NCBI GenBank assembly: GCA_950097015.1
Contig: CATNEN010000001.1
Span: 20,274,001-20,338,000 of the forward strand
Direction of reading: 5' to 3'
DNA from: Macrostomum hystrix
Taxonomy: Eukaryota > Animalia > Platyhelminthes
Length of the DNA: 64,000 nucleotides
Of the stretch, positions 24,201 through 33,748 are shown in pieces (positions within the stretch are counted from its first letter, which is position 1; every line of letters starts with the position of its first letter). The notes under the pieces were generated by a model. It did no database searches, was not told the origin of the DNA, and worked only from the letters and a program-made list of their open reading frames with translations. Both the position numbers and the translations under genes were made by a program.

Positions 24201-26561
24201 GATCTGTCACTCTTGATCTGTCACTCTTGATCTGTCACTCTTGATCTGTCACTCTTGATCTTTGACTCTTGATCTGTCACTCTTGATCTTTCACTCTAAA
24301 TCGGTCACTCTTGATCTTTGACTCTTGATCTGTCACTCTTGATCTTTCACTCTAAATCGGTCACTCTTGATCTGTCACTCTTGATCTGTCACTCTTGATC
24401 TGTCACTCTTGATCTGTCACTCTTGATCTGTCACTCTTGATCTGTCACTCTTGATCTGCCACTCTTGATCTGTCACTCTTGATCTGTCACTCCGAATTTA
24501 TCACGTATCGTCTCTCACTGCTCTCCCTTCACTCCTCCCCAGTCACTCCTCCCCAGTCACTCCTCCCCACTCACTCCTCCCCAGTCACTCCTCCCCAGTC
24601 ACTCCTCACCCGTCACTCGCTCGACCAGGCCTCCGCCCGAGTCGCCGATCGATGCGGCCACGGAGGCCGAAGGAGGCGAGGATCAGAAGGCACAGGACGA
24701 CAGCAAAACAACGCCCACTGGAAGGCGCTCAAAGTCGTGAGTTTTATTTTCACCGCCAAATATTCACAATATTTTCGTTGTCGCAAAATTTCATATTTAG
24801 ACTACTTATAGTACGCTTTCTAAAAAAAGTCTACAATATTAATTTTTCAGTCCGAAAGATTCCGCGTAAGTTTGCCTAAAACAGCGACAGCAACAAAATT
24901 AATTTTTTAGGCGCTGCTAATCTTACTTGATATATGCGTGAAGTTTTCTTACCAACTCGTTTGAATAAAAAAACTATTGGTTTGTTTTTGTGGACACAAA
25001 GACAAAAAGCTATTGCTAATAAAGCGAGATTATGTTGTTGGGTTGTTTCTTAATAGCAATTTACCCTTTTCTCGAAAACTTTGTTAGCGAATGAGTTTAA
25101 CTAAACCGTCAACAATATGTAGCCTGGTGTTTTCCCATGTCTTACCACATCCAATATTAACCCTGCAGTTTAAATAGCAATTTGTTAAACCTCAAAACTT
25201 TAGCGTTTGAATAAGTTTGAATTTTTTTAATTAAAACTTTTATTAAAAAAAGCGAATTTCATGCGCGAGTAGGCTACTGCTAGTAGGCAAGCAGCGAATA
25301 TTATAGCATTTTTAAACTGAAATTCGTCGAGCAGAAAAGGCAAGCGAGGCGAAGCGGAAGCTGCCGCAGCAGCGGCCGCCGCTGCAGCTGCCGCCTCAGC
25401 CGCCGCCGCAGCCGCCGCGGCAGCCGCCGCCGAAGCCGCCACGAAGCCGTTCAGCCCGCCGTCCGACTCCAACCTTCGGCGCTGTGTAGAGGAAGCCCAA
25501 CGGCTGATGGCACAGTGCGGCAGTCAGCGGGAGGAGATTCAGCAGCTGGCAGGCCTGGTGTCGGAGCGGATGGGTGGCGCCATCGAGCACGGCGAGCTCA
25601 TGCAGTTCAGCTACGAGCTGCCCCTCAGCCAATTGAAATTCTCGCTCAAATCCAACGTTGTGCCTATCGGACTAGTCAACGCCGGTATTCACTGTCACAG
25701 GGCGCTGCTGTTCAAGGTTGGGAAATCCTTTGGAGTGAGGGGAGTGAAGGGAGCGAAGGGAGGGAAAGGGGTGAAGGGAATGACGGGAGTTAATGAAGTG
25801 AAGGGAGTGAATTAAGTGAAATGAGTGAAGGGAGTGACTGGAGTGAAGGGGGTTAAGGGTGTGAAGGGAGTCACGGGAGTGAAGGGAGTCACGGGAGTGA
25901 AGGGAGTCACGGGAGTGAAGGGAGTCACGGGTGTGAAGGGTGTCACGGGAGTGAAGAGAGTCACGGGTGTGAAGGGAGTCACGGGTGTGAAGGGAGTCAC
26001 GGGAGTGAAGGGAGTCACGGGAGTGAAGAGAGTCACGGGTGTGAAGGGAGTCACGGGTGCGAAGGGAGTCACGGGTGTTAAGGGAGTCACGGGTGTGAAG
26101 GGAGTCACGGGTGTGAAGGGAGTCACGGGAGTGAAGGGAGTCACGGGTGTGAAGGGAGTGCATGTTTCTCACACACAGTAGGGTTTGCTACATTCCAGTT
26201 CCTGGCAGACAGGTTGGGCATCAACTGCACGCTTGTCCGTGGCCAGTACAACAGGGCCTGGAACGAGGTGTGGCTGGTTGACGCAGAGGTGAGTTAAAAG
26301 CTTACGTTTTTCCTGAACTCGTGTTGTATACAGCTTTTAAGTCCACCGACCAGCTAATGCTACTATCCGCGGGGTTTAGCGCTCCATCAGCCTTCCTTAG
26401 TCTAGAAGTGCCAGAAATGACAATTTGAAATTGTTTCTTCATCTCAGCAGGGCCAGCAGCGCGGTAAGCCGCCGAGCAAGTTCATCGTGGATCTGGTGTT
26501 TGAGCCGGGCAGACTGCTCACGCCAGACTCAGTTGAAGCCAGCAGCTACAAGAAGCTCTAG
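15218..26561 (+). CDS. ARMC3: Armadillo repeat-containing protein 3 (ARM repeats plus C-terminal EDR1-like domain), 18 coding exons
   Basis: Phase-consistent GT-AG exons: 15218-15271, 15362-15479, 15900-16097, 16724-16899, 16977-17103, 17372-17511, 17587-17728, 18781-18870, 18979-19131, 19523-19631, 19714-19893, 20465-20674, 23098-23222, 23329-23470, 24629-24736, 25335-25716, 26199-26288, 26448/26451-26561. The translation matches recalled ARMC3 motifs: [108 protein letters not shown]. Confidence 0.93.
15536..15872. repeat. 16-bp intronic minisatellite (GAATCTGGGATTCAAA)
   Basis: Nearly perfect array in ARMC3 intron 2; the unit holds a GAATC/GATTC hairpin. Confidence 0.95.
16180..16685. repeat. 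19-bp intronic minisatellite (GATGTTAGACAGGTAGGCA)
   Basis: ARMC3 intron 3. Confidence 0.92.
17834..18180 (+). mobile_element. tRNA-derived SINE family A (near full length)
   Basis: A-box TGGCAGAGCGG and B-box-like GCTCGATTC; the body is shared with five other copies in the window; lies in an ARMC3 intron. Confidence 0.8.
19945..20385. repeat. (CATCC/CATTC)n pentanucleotide tract
   Basis: ARMC3 intron 11. Confidence 0.93.
20769..21560 (+). mobile_element. SINE family B, interrupted by a MITE and 3'-truncated by a minisatellite
   Basis: Head GGGGGCTGTAGTCTAGTG at 20769 resumes as GGTTAGAGCGTCGGACTCACG..GGATTCCCGACTC at 21357; CORE-like segment at about 21435-21550. Confidence 0.75.
20791..21356. 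mobile_element. Second, degraded copy of the hAT-type MITE, inserted into a SINE head
   Basis: Right TIR AGTTTGCCGACCCCTG, left remnant TCGACAAACT, and the same GAGAGATGAGACACGG array. It interrupts a family-B SINE between its A-box and GGTTAGAGCG. Confidence 0.65.
21559..23050. repeat. ~20-bp minisatellite (GGCTACAACCCCCACTATA), about 75 copies
   Basis: ARMC3 intron 12; the unit is the reverse complement of the adjacent SINE 5' junction. Confidence 0.95.
23694..24492. repeat. 14-bp minisatellite (GATCTGTCACTCTT)
   Basis: ARMC3 intron 14. Confidence 0.95.
25732..26160. repeat. 18-bp minisatellite (GTGAAGGGAGTCACGGGA)
   Basis: ARMC3 intron 16. Confidence 0.93.
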
Positions 26562-26675
26562 GAGAGCGAAGATAAAACAGCATTGCATTGAGCATGCGAA
26601 ACAAGTGATGCGAAACCAGTTTGACATATAAAATTACCTTTCTTCCCTCAAATTCTCACTCTGCTTACTTTATAG

Positions 26676-27366
26676 CGGAGGTCGGCAAACTTGTTAGCGC
26701 GCGGGCCACAGAGAGAACCTGAAAGACGACAGCGGGCCGCATTAACTGTAGAAATACGAAGTATGAGATTATGAGAAAGGGGAGAGATGAGACATTGGAG
26801 AGATAAGACAGGAGGGAGACGGGAGACACGGGAGAGATGAGACGGGAGAGATGAGACAGGGGATAGATGAGACATTGGAGAGATAAGACAGGAGAGAGAC
26901 GTGAGACACGGGAGAGATGAGACGGGGAGAGAGAAGTGATAAGAGATTAGATGAGACACAGATGAGCTGAGACAGAGATGAGACAAGACAGGGGATCGAT
27001 GAGACAGGGGATCGATGAGACAGGGTATAGATGAGACAGGGGATAGATGAGACGGGATAGATGAGACAGGGGTTAGATGAGACAGAGATGAGATGAGACA
27101 GGGGAGAGATGAGACAGGAGAGATGAGACAGGGGAGAGATGAGACAGGAGAGATGAGACAGGGGATAGATTAGACAGAGAAGAGATTAGACGGGAGAGAG
27201 ACACAGGGGAGGAGACACGGGAGACTCAGAGATGAGACTCTCAATCTTTAGATGAGACACAGGAAAGATGAGACAGGATACTATTGGTGTTGGTAGGGGC
27301 ATCGGGCCGGATTCGGGATCTTCGAGTGTCGCTTCTGACCCGCGGGCCGGAGTTTACCGACCTCTG
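26676..27366. mobile_element. Non-autonomous hAT-type MITE with internal GAGAGATGAGACA minisatellite
   Basis: TIRs CGGAGGTCGGCAAACT / AGTTTACCGACCTCTG, subterminal CGGGCC motifs, and an 8-bp TSD CTTTATAG/CCTTATAG (7/8 match). Confidence 0.8.
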
Positions 27367-27763
27367 CCTTATAGTTCTGCAGCTTTATTCGGTTGCACGA
27401 AAAGGATTAAAATCGTATATCTTACGTTTGCATGCCTTTTTACACAATCTTATACCTGGTAAAGTTCAATGTTTCGCTAAGATTTTGTTTTTTTTTGGCT
27501 TGTAATAAATAAATGTCGGTCTTTGTCTGGTAACACTGCCGGAATATTCACTTTGAAATAAGCGTTTGGGAAATGGGATTTTCGGTTGGGGAATGGGATT
27601 TTTTCAATTGAGAATAAGAGGCCTTGCCCTGGAAGCCAAGCCGTGAGGCTTCAGCGGTGGGCTGGTGACAGATTCGTCGACAATTTTGCCTGGATCTGCC
27701 CGAAGTGTCGAGTTCAGGAACCAGATGCTTGCGTAATTGCCCGATATAAACCTGCTTGTACTG

Positions 27764-28012
27764 ACACGCAAACACTGTACGCAGGCACACACTCACACAG
27801 GTGTGTACATCTGCCCTGACTTTCTCATCGTCAGGCAGTATACACTCTCACTGTGCCCTGGAGTTTGGCCATCAAGGGCGTAAATTGCACGACAAGCCCC
27901 CAAGCCTTCTCTCCGCGGCTTCGCCCTAAACAAATGCGGCCTGGCCGTGGAATCGAACTTAGGGACCGTGGGGCGAGAGGCTAACGCGTTAACCGCTCTG
28001 CCACCGACCCCC
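27764..28012 (-). mobile_element. SINE family A
   Basis: Head GGGGGTCGGTGGCAGAGCGGTTAACGCG..GTTCGATTCC on the minus strand, plus the shared body. Confidence 0.8.
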
Positions 28013-28365
28013 GAAAAATACAAATGTTGTAGTTTATCGGTACCGTCGGCAGTTCGCCGACGCGGTAGTAGGGGTTCGGGTACGGACCGCCCAAAGCTTG
28101 CCGGGGGAGGAGGGATGGGAAGCAGCGACCCTCGAGGCGTTCCGACACTCCGAGGAGAGACGGGATGGGCTTGGAGCGTACAGGCACTCGCTAAGCCCTG
28201 CACAGAAGGATGCGCGAAGGCTTTGACTGCGAGCGGGTAGCCATTCGACAGCCCCAGAGAGAGGTGGATGACGGTCTGGAGGCGTACCGACGCTTCGCAG
28301 ACTCGAGGGAAGACTCTGGAGGAGAAGGATGATGATGAGCTTTTGGCAGCAGCAGAGGTCGGGCA

Positions 28366-28583
28366 TGTAATAGCTCAAGAGTCAAGCCGTGTGAGGTGCG
28401 AAGAAAAAGGTGAGCCCTCCAAGTAGGGCGAGACAGTATTTATATATTTGCCTCAACGTGCAACCGATACGATCAACGTGCGCGTGGGGGGCATGTACAT
28501 AGTGAGCGAGAGTTAGTGATGCATGCACATATTAGATTGACCGGCAAAGCGATACGTGAGTGCTAGTAGACTACGGCATGACA
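28366..28583 (-). repeat. 3' LTR (218 bp)
   Basis: Direct repeat of 32714-32931, preceded on the minus strand by the PPT. Confidence 0.95.
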
Positions 28584-28697
28584 GTCCTCCTCAAGTGGAT
28601 GAAAAATTAAGGGAATAAAATGAAAGAAGTAGTAGCAGGCAACAATATAATTGTTTTTAGAACAGTCCTTGTAACTTTAGTCTGTCAATCAAGCAAT

Positions 28698-31486
28698 TCA
28701 GCTTCTGCGCAGGTCGGGTTCTCTGTAGTTCCTCTCTGGGTCCTTCGCCCGCCGTGGGTGAAGCCGGGCTGCGACTGGCTCCGCGAGCTCAGGGGCGTCG
28801 GGAGGTTCGAGCGGCTGCTGATCGGACTGCTCAGGCTGCCCGGGCAGCCGCTTGACCTGCGTGGCGTGCCTGCGGCAGACGGCGTCGTCGCGCTGCATGA
28901 GCAGGGAGTCGCCTTGCACCTCGGCCACGGTCCACGGCGCCGACTCGTAGAAGGCGTCGGTCTTTTGCCGGGACTGCTGGCGCCTGAGGACGCGGTCGCC
29001 GGCGCGAATGCCGTGGTCGGCGGCTCTGAAGCGTCGGTCGGCGTGCCGCTTCATAGCCTCCTTGGCCTGGCTGTCGCTGTCGGCAATGGCCGCTCGAGTC
29101 GCGTCGACGGGCTGCGAGTGTCGGAGACTCGGGATCACATCGTTGATCTGCCTGCCAAATAACAGACTGGCCGGCGCGACGCCCGTGGAGCAGTGCGGAG
29201 TGCGTCTGTACGCTGCCAGGTACTCGTCCAGGGCCAGTGTCCAGTCCCTGCCTTCGACGATCGCTGCGCGGATAGCCTTGTTCAGCCCTTGATTGCACCG
29301 CTCCGTTGCGCCGTTGGCCTGAGGGTAGAGAGGCGTGATCCGATGGTGCCGTGCGCCCTGATCCATCAGGAAGCTGCTGAACTCGGCCGATGCGAAGGGT
29401 GGGCCATTGTCTGTGGTCACCTTTGTCGGCTGCCCGAAGATGCTAAACCACCGGCGTAGCACGTTGATGACGGCGGAGGCGGTGGTGCTGGCCATGACCT
29501 CCACGAGCGGGAACCTGGAGAAGTGGTCCGTACAGACGAGCAGCGACTTGCCGTTTATCGGTCCGAGGAAGTCGAGCCCCAGCTCGAGCCAGGGGCCCTC
29601 CGGCAGTTCGGTCGGCTTTAGCGGCGTGGCTTTCGGCGAGGTCTCGCTGGTGCAGGTCAGGCAGCTGGTGCAGGTCAGGCAGCTGGTGCAGGCTGCTACG
29701 TGCGCCTCCACGGATGCTCGCATGCCTGGCCACCAGACCTTCGCTTGCAGGCGGTCGAGCGTTTTTTTGACGCCCTGGTGTCCCTGGTGGGCCAGCTGCA
29801 TGCACCGGTATCGCAGAGTCGTCGGCATGTACAGCTGACTGCCGCGCAGCAGCAGGCCGTTCAGCTCGGATAGTTCGTGGGATACGCCATGGAGTCCCTG
29901 CAGGCACGTGTCACTCTTGTCCCATTGGTGGCCGCGGATGGCGTGTAGCGCTGCTTGTACCGTGCCGTCTCGTTCGGAGGCCGCCTTGATTGTGCCCAGG
30001 CTGATGGACACCGGAGTGGCAGCTTGGACTGCCGTGGCCACGTAGATCGCGTCCGCCTGCTCGCCGACGTTGTTTGGTGGCATTGGCAGCGGCTGGCGGC
30101 TCAGGACGTCAGACGGGTTGCCGGCGCCGGGCTGGTACACGACCCGAAAGACAAGGTCTTGCAGTCGCAGCGCCATGCGCTCAATGCGGGGTGGCGGCCG
30201 AGACCCCGTGCTGAACAGGGATATCAGCGGCTTGTGGTCGGTGATGACCTTGAAACTGCCACCCCCGCTGAGGTAGTGGTAGAACTTCAGGCCGCCGTAC
30301 TTCACCGCGAGGGCCTCTCGCTCCGTCTGGGAGTAGCGCTGCTCGGTCGGGCTGAGGCTGCGGCTCGCGTATGCCACCGGCCGCGTCGATCCGTCTGGCT
30401 GGACTTAGGCAAGGATGGCGCCGACACCCGTGGGGCTGGCGTCCACGATCAGCTGAGTCTGCAGCTCACTATTGAAGAATGCCAGCGCGTGGCTGCTGGC
30501 GATCGTCTGTTTGATGTCGTTGAATGCGGCCTCTTGCTTTTCGCCCCACGTCCACTCGGCGGCCTGCCTTGTCAGCTCGCGGAGTGGCCGGGCCCTGTCA
30601 GACAGGTTGCTGATGAAGCGCGCCACGAAGGTGACGAGGCCGAGGAAGGAGCGCACCTCGGTTGCGTTGGTCGGCCGCTTGAAGTTGTTGATGGCCGCTA
30701 CTTTCTCGGCGCTTGGGTGAATGCCGCATGCAGAGAGCCGCATGGCGAGAAAGTCGACCTCTGGCCGGGCGAAGCGGCACTTCTTGGGGTTCAACGTGAT
30801 GTTGCTAGCCTTCAACCGGGCCAGGCAGTCTCGCAGGCGCTGGTTGTGCTCTTCAATGTTTTTCGCGTACACCAGGATGTCGTCGTGCACCCAGCGGACG
30901 CCGGGGAGGCCACTCAGGACGGAGGTCATCACCCGCTGGAGGATCTCGGAGGCGGATGTGAAGCCCATGCAGAGCCGGCGCAGCCGCAGGAGCCCGATGG
31001 GTGAGGAGAACGTTAGCAGGTCTCTAGACTCCTCGGCGACTTCAATTTGGTGGAAGGCTTTGGCGACGTCCAGCTCCGAGAAATACGTCGCGCCCGCCAT
31101 CTCGTCCGTCACCTCTTCGAATGTGGGTATAGGCTGCTTCTCTGGGATGACGTACTTGTTCACCTCGCGGAGGTCCTGGGTGATGCGAACCTCGCCCTGC
31201 TCGGCCTTTGGAACTGCGACCATCCTGGAGCACCAGGCTGTTGGACCACGCACTCGTTCGACGATTCCCAGTGCCAGTTGATCTTCCAGCTCCTTGATTA
31301 CAGCATTCCTTAGGTGAACGGGCACGGGATGGCGGCTGGCAGACTGGAGTGGCATCCGGCCTGAGCCTGATAGTGACGCTGACTCCCTTCACGCATCCGA
31401 TGCCTTGAAAGCAGTCGCTGAATTCCGCCAGGATTGTCTGAAGTTGCAGCTGCTTGGGCAGGTGCTGGTCCTCACTGCTGGCCGGC
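28698..31486 (-). pseudogene. Retrotransposon pol (RT, RNase H, integrase) with two frameshifts and one in-frame stop
   Basis: RT motifs FSELDVAKAFHQI, RLCMG, VHDDILV. RNase H motifs VDASPTGVGAIL, YSQTEREALAV, VITDHKPL. Integrase motifs AHQGHQG, LDFLGP, TDNGPPF, ANGATER. Frame changes occur near 31490 and 31330, and there is a TAA at 30405-30407 (AILA*VQPDGSTRPVAYAS). Confidence 0.88.
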
Positions 31487-32692
31487 TTAGCTGGCCACCA
31501 CCGCAGAGTTCGTGCTGACTTCAGGTCCGACTCTCAGCATGCCGAGCTTTGTGCTGGACGATCTTCCGAGAATCGGTGTGCAGTTGCTGCTGATGACGAT
31601 GAAATTGGCCTGCAATTCGCGGTGGTTCGCTCTGACAGTGAGCGTTGTTTGGCCGGCTGTCTTCAGTGGCTCGCTGGCACCAAGCGCAAAGACTGTGGTG
31701 CTGGACGGCGAAAGCGGCGTGCCGGGCCGGCAGATTCTGTGGAACGTCGCCATGTCCAACACGTTGCAGCTCGCTCCGCTGTCGATCAGTGTGCGGACCG
31801 GACTGCCGTTGATTCTGATGACGAACTTGGCGCTGTCGTCCTTGCCGCTGAGCGTGCAGAACACCTCGTTGGGTTGTTGGTCGGCTGACTGGTCCTGCTC
31901 GGGCTGCAGTGAGTTAATCTTCGAGCGGCTGCTGAGGCAGGCCTTGGCCAGATGGTTGGCCTTGCCGCAGCTGCTGCATCGCTTGCCTTGCGCCCTGCTG
32001 CAGCTCTTGTGTCCCAGCTCGCCGCACCGGATGCACTTAGCAAATTGCTGCGACTCACGCGAAGGTTCCGGCAGCGGGTGGCGCTGGCGGCGCAGTTGCG
32101 CCACTTCCTCAGAGGCTGCCGCTGTCCTGGTCATGATGGCCGCCTGCTTCTCTGCTGCCTCGTGCGTCCTGGCCAGCTGGAGAGTGTCCGACAGGCTGAT
32201 GTTGGGGATATTCAGCAGGCGCTTCCTCAGTGACTCGCTGCGACAGCTGGCCACGATTTGGTCCCTGATGAGCGACTGGCGGAGACCCTCGAACTTGCAG
32301 GCTTCCGAGGCGCTCCACAGTCTGCTGTGCCAAGCGTCTATGGATTCGCCTTCTTCCTGGAGACAGTGGCGAAACTGGTATCGAATGAAGACGACGTTAT
32401 CGCGGCCTTGGAAGTGCGTGCTGAACTGTGCGATCAGCTGGTCGACCGTGGGCTCGGCTGCGGGCTCGCCTTCTTGTTGCTGCGACTGGGTGGCGATCTC
32501 GTTGTACAGGTCGCTCACTTCTTTGCCTGCCGTATACAGAAGGATCTGGCGTTTCTGCGTCTCATCTTTGATGCCGGTTGCCGCCAGGTACCGCAGAAGG
32601 TTGGTCGACCACTCCTGCCAGCGCTTGCTTACAGAGTGAGGGTCGTCTCTGATGCTAAAGTGGGCTGGTGGGGGCAGTTGTAGGAAGGCCAT
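31487..32692 (-). CDS. Retrotransposon Gag-protease ORF
   Basis: ATG at 32692 (MAFLQLPPP). Two zinc knuckles (CIRCGELGHKSC, CSSCGKANHLAKAC) and the aspartic protease motifs LIDSGASCNVL and PILGR. Confidence 0.88.
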   Translation of the reverse strand: MAFLQLPPPAHFSIRDDPHSVSKRWQEWSTNLLRYLAATGIKDETQKRQILLYTAGKEVSDLYNEIATQSQQQEGEPAAEPTVDQLIAQFSTHFQGRDNVVFIRYQFRHCLQEEGESIDAWHSRLWSASEACKFEGLRQSLIRDQIVASCRSESLRKRLLNIPNISLSDTLQLARTHEAAEKQAAIMTRTAAASEEVAQLRRQRHPLPEPSRESQQFAKCIRCGELGHKSCSRAQGKRCSSCGKANHLAKACLSSRSKINSLQPEQDQSADQQPNEVFCTLSGKDDSAKFVIRINGSPVRTLIDSGASCNVLDMATFHRICRPGTPLSPSSTTVFALGASEPLKTAGQTTLTVRANHRELQANFIVISSNCTPILGRSSSTKLGMLRVGPEVSTNSAVVAS

Positions 32693-32713
32693 GGTTCGGC
32701 CTTGCGACGTCAA

Positions 32714-32931
32714 TGTAATAGCTCAAGAGTCAAGCCGTGTGAGGTGCGAAGAAAAAGGTGAGCCCTCCAAGTAGGGCGAGACAGTATTTATATATTTGCC
32801 TCAACGTGCAACCGATACGATCAACGTGCGCGTGGGGGGCATGTACATAGTGAGCGAGAGTTAGTGATGCATGCACATATTAGATTGACCGGCAAAGCGA
32901 TACGTGAGTGCTAGTAGACTACGGCATGACA
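32714..32931 (-). repeat. 5' LTR (218 bp)
   Basis: TGTAATAG...GCATGACA on +, identical by eye to 28366-28583; contains a TATA-like TATATAAAT on the minus strand. Confidence 0.95.
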
Positions 32932-33748
32932 GGGCAGAGGAACAAGGTTTGAGCACGGACAAATAGATAACTCGTTAATGCTTTTCTTACCGGGAGGGAT
33001 CGAACGCTGCACTCATGGCAATTAGTGCAGCGTTATTGTATGGAGTTTTCGCTTCTAGCTCAGGGCAGCGTTCTCACAATAGTACTCTGGAGGCGCGGGG
33101 CTGGCCACGGGCAACGCGCGCTGAGAGAGAAGGAGGCCGGCTAGCCAATCAGAAGTCTCCTTGGCGAGAGGCCTGATTGGACTAGCGAAGACGGCGCAGG
33201 GTCAGCCAATGGGCGAGCGACAAACAACGGTAAAGGAGGGTGGCCTAAGCCGGGGCCGGGCAAAACTGGATTGAGCAGGTGGCCGGGGTGGAAGGGTTAG
33301 AGACGCAGGGATCGGAGCAAGGTCATTGTGAGACGCAGCTCACAACACTAATAATGAGGACTTAATTCGCATTAACAGCCAAAATAGGGAAGTGCTATAG
33401 TTGTTATGATAATACGCTGTAAATAATCTTGAAATCAGACACTCGAACCCATACTCTCTTTTAATTTCCTACATCTTTAATTTCCTTTCCTCCGTATACT
33501 TGTATTATGGTTCCTGAGACGGCACCTTGGACATTAAACACGTCTTATAATAGCTGGTCTTTGTAGTTAATTTGTGACGGCCCTGTGACACGTGTCATGT
33601 CATGTCAATTATAACGATCCCCCATGTGTTGTCCTTGTAATGTCAATTGCCTCATGTCGCCCTGTTTATTAATCACTTAATTCTCGGTGATGTTAGCTTT
33701 TTACTGTATATATTTGCTCGCCACTGTGTAGGCAATGGTGTGTGAGTT

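Larger units (their letters stand above)
28366..32931 (-). mobile_element. Full-length Ty3/Gypsy LTR retrotransposon (Mag-like), coding region disrupted
   Basis: Two apparently identical 218-bp TG..CA LTRs and a 5-bp TSD GGGCA (28361-28365, 32932-32936). Domain order is gag-PR-RT-RNaseH-IN. A purine-rich PPT (GAGGAGGA) precedes the 3' LTR. Confidence 0.96.
28025..33347. mobile_element. Solo-LTR-like element (~750 bp) split by the Gypsy insertion
   Basis: GC-rich flanks 28025-28365 and 32937-33347 are bounded by inverted termini TGTTGT...ACAACA and contain several CCAAT boxes. No matching TSD was seen. Confidence 0.4.

Noticed and set aside
31330-31490. Programmed ribosomal frameshift between gag-PR and RT
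   Set aside because: Two separate shifts plus a nonsense codon are needed, and no slippery heptamer is visible; decay or sequence error is more likely.
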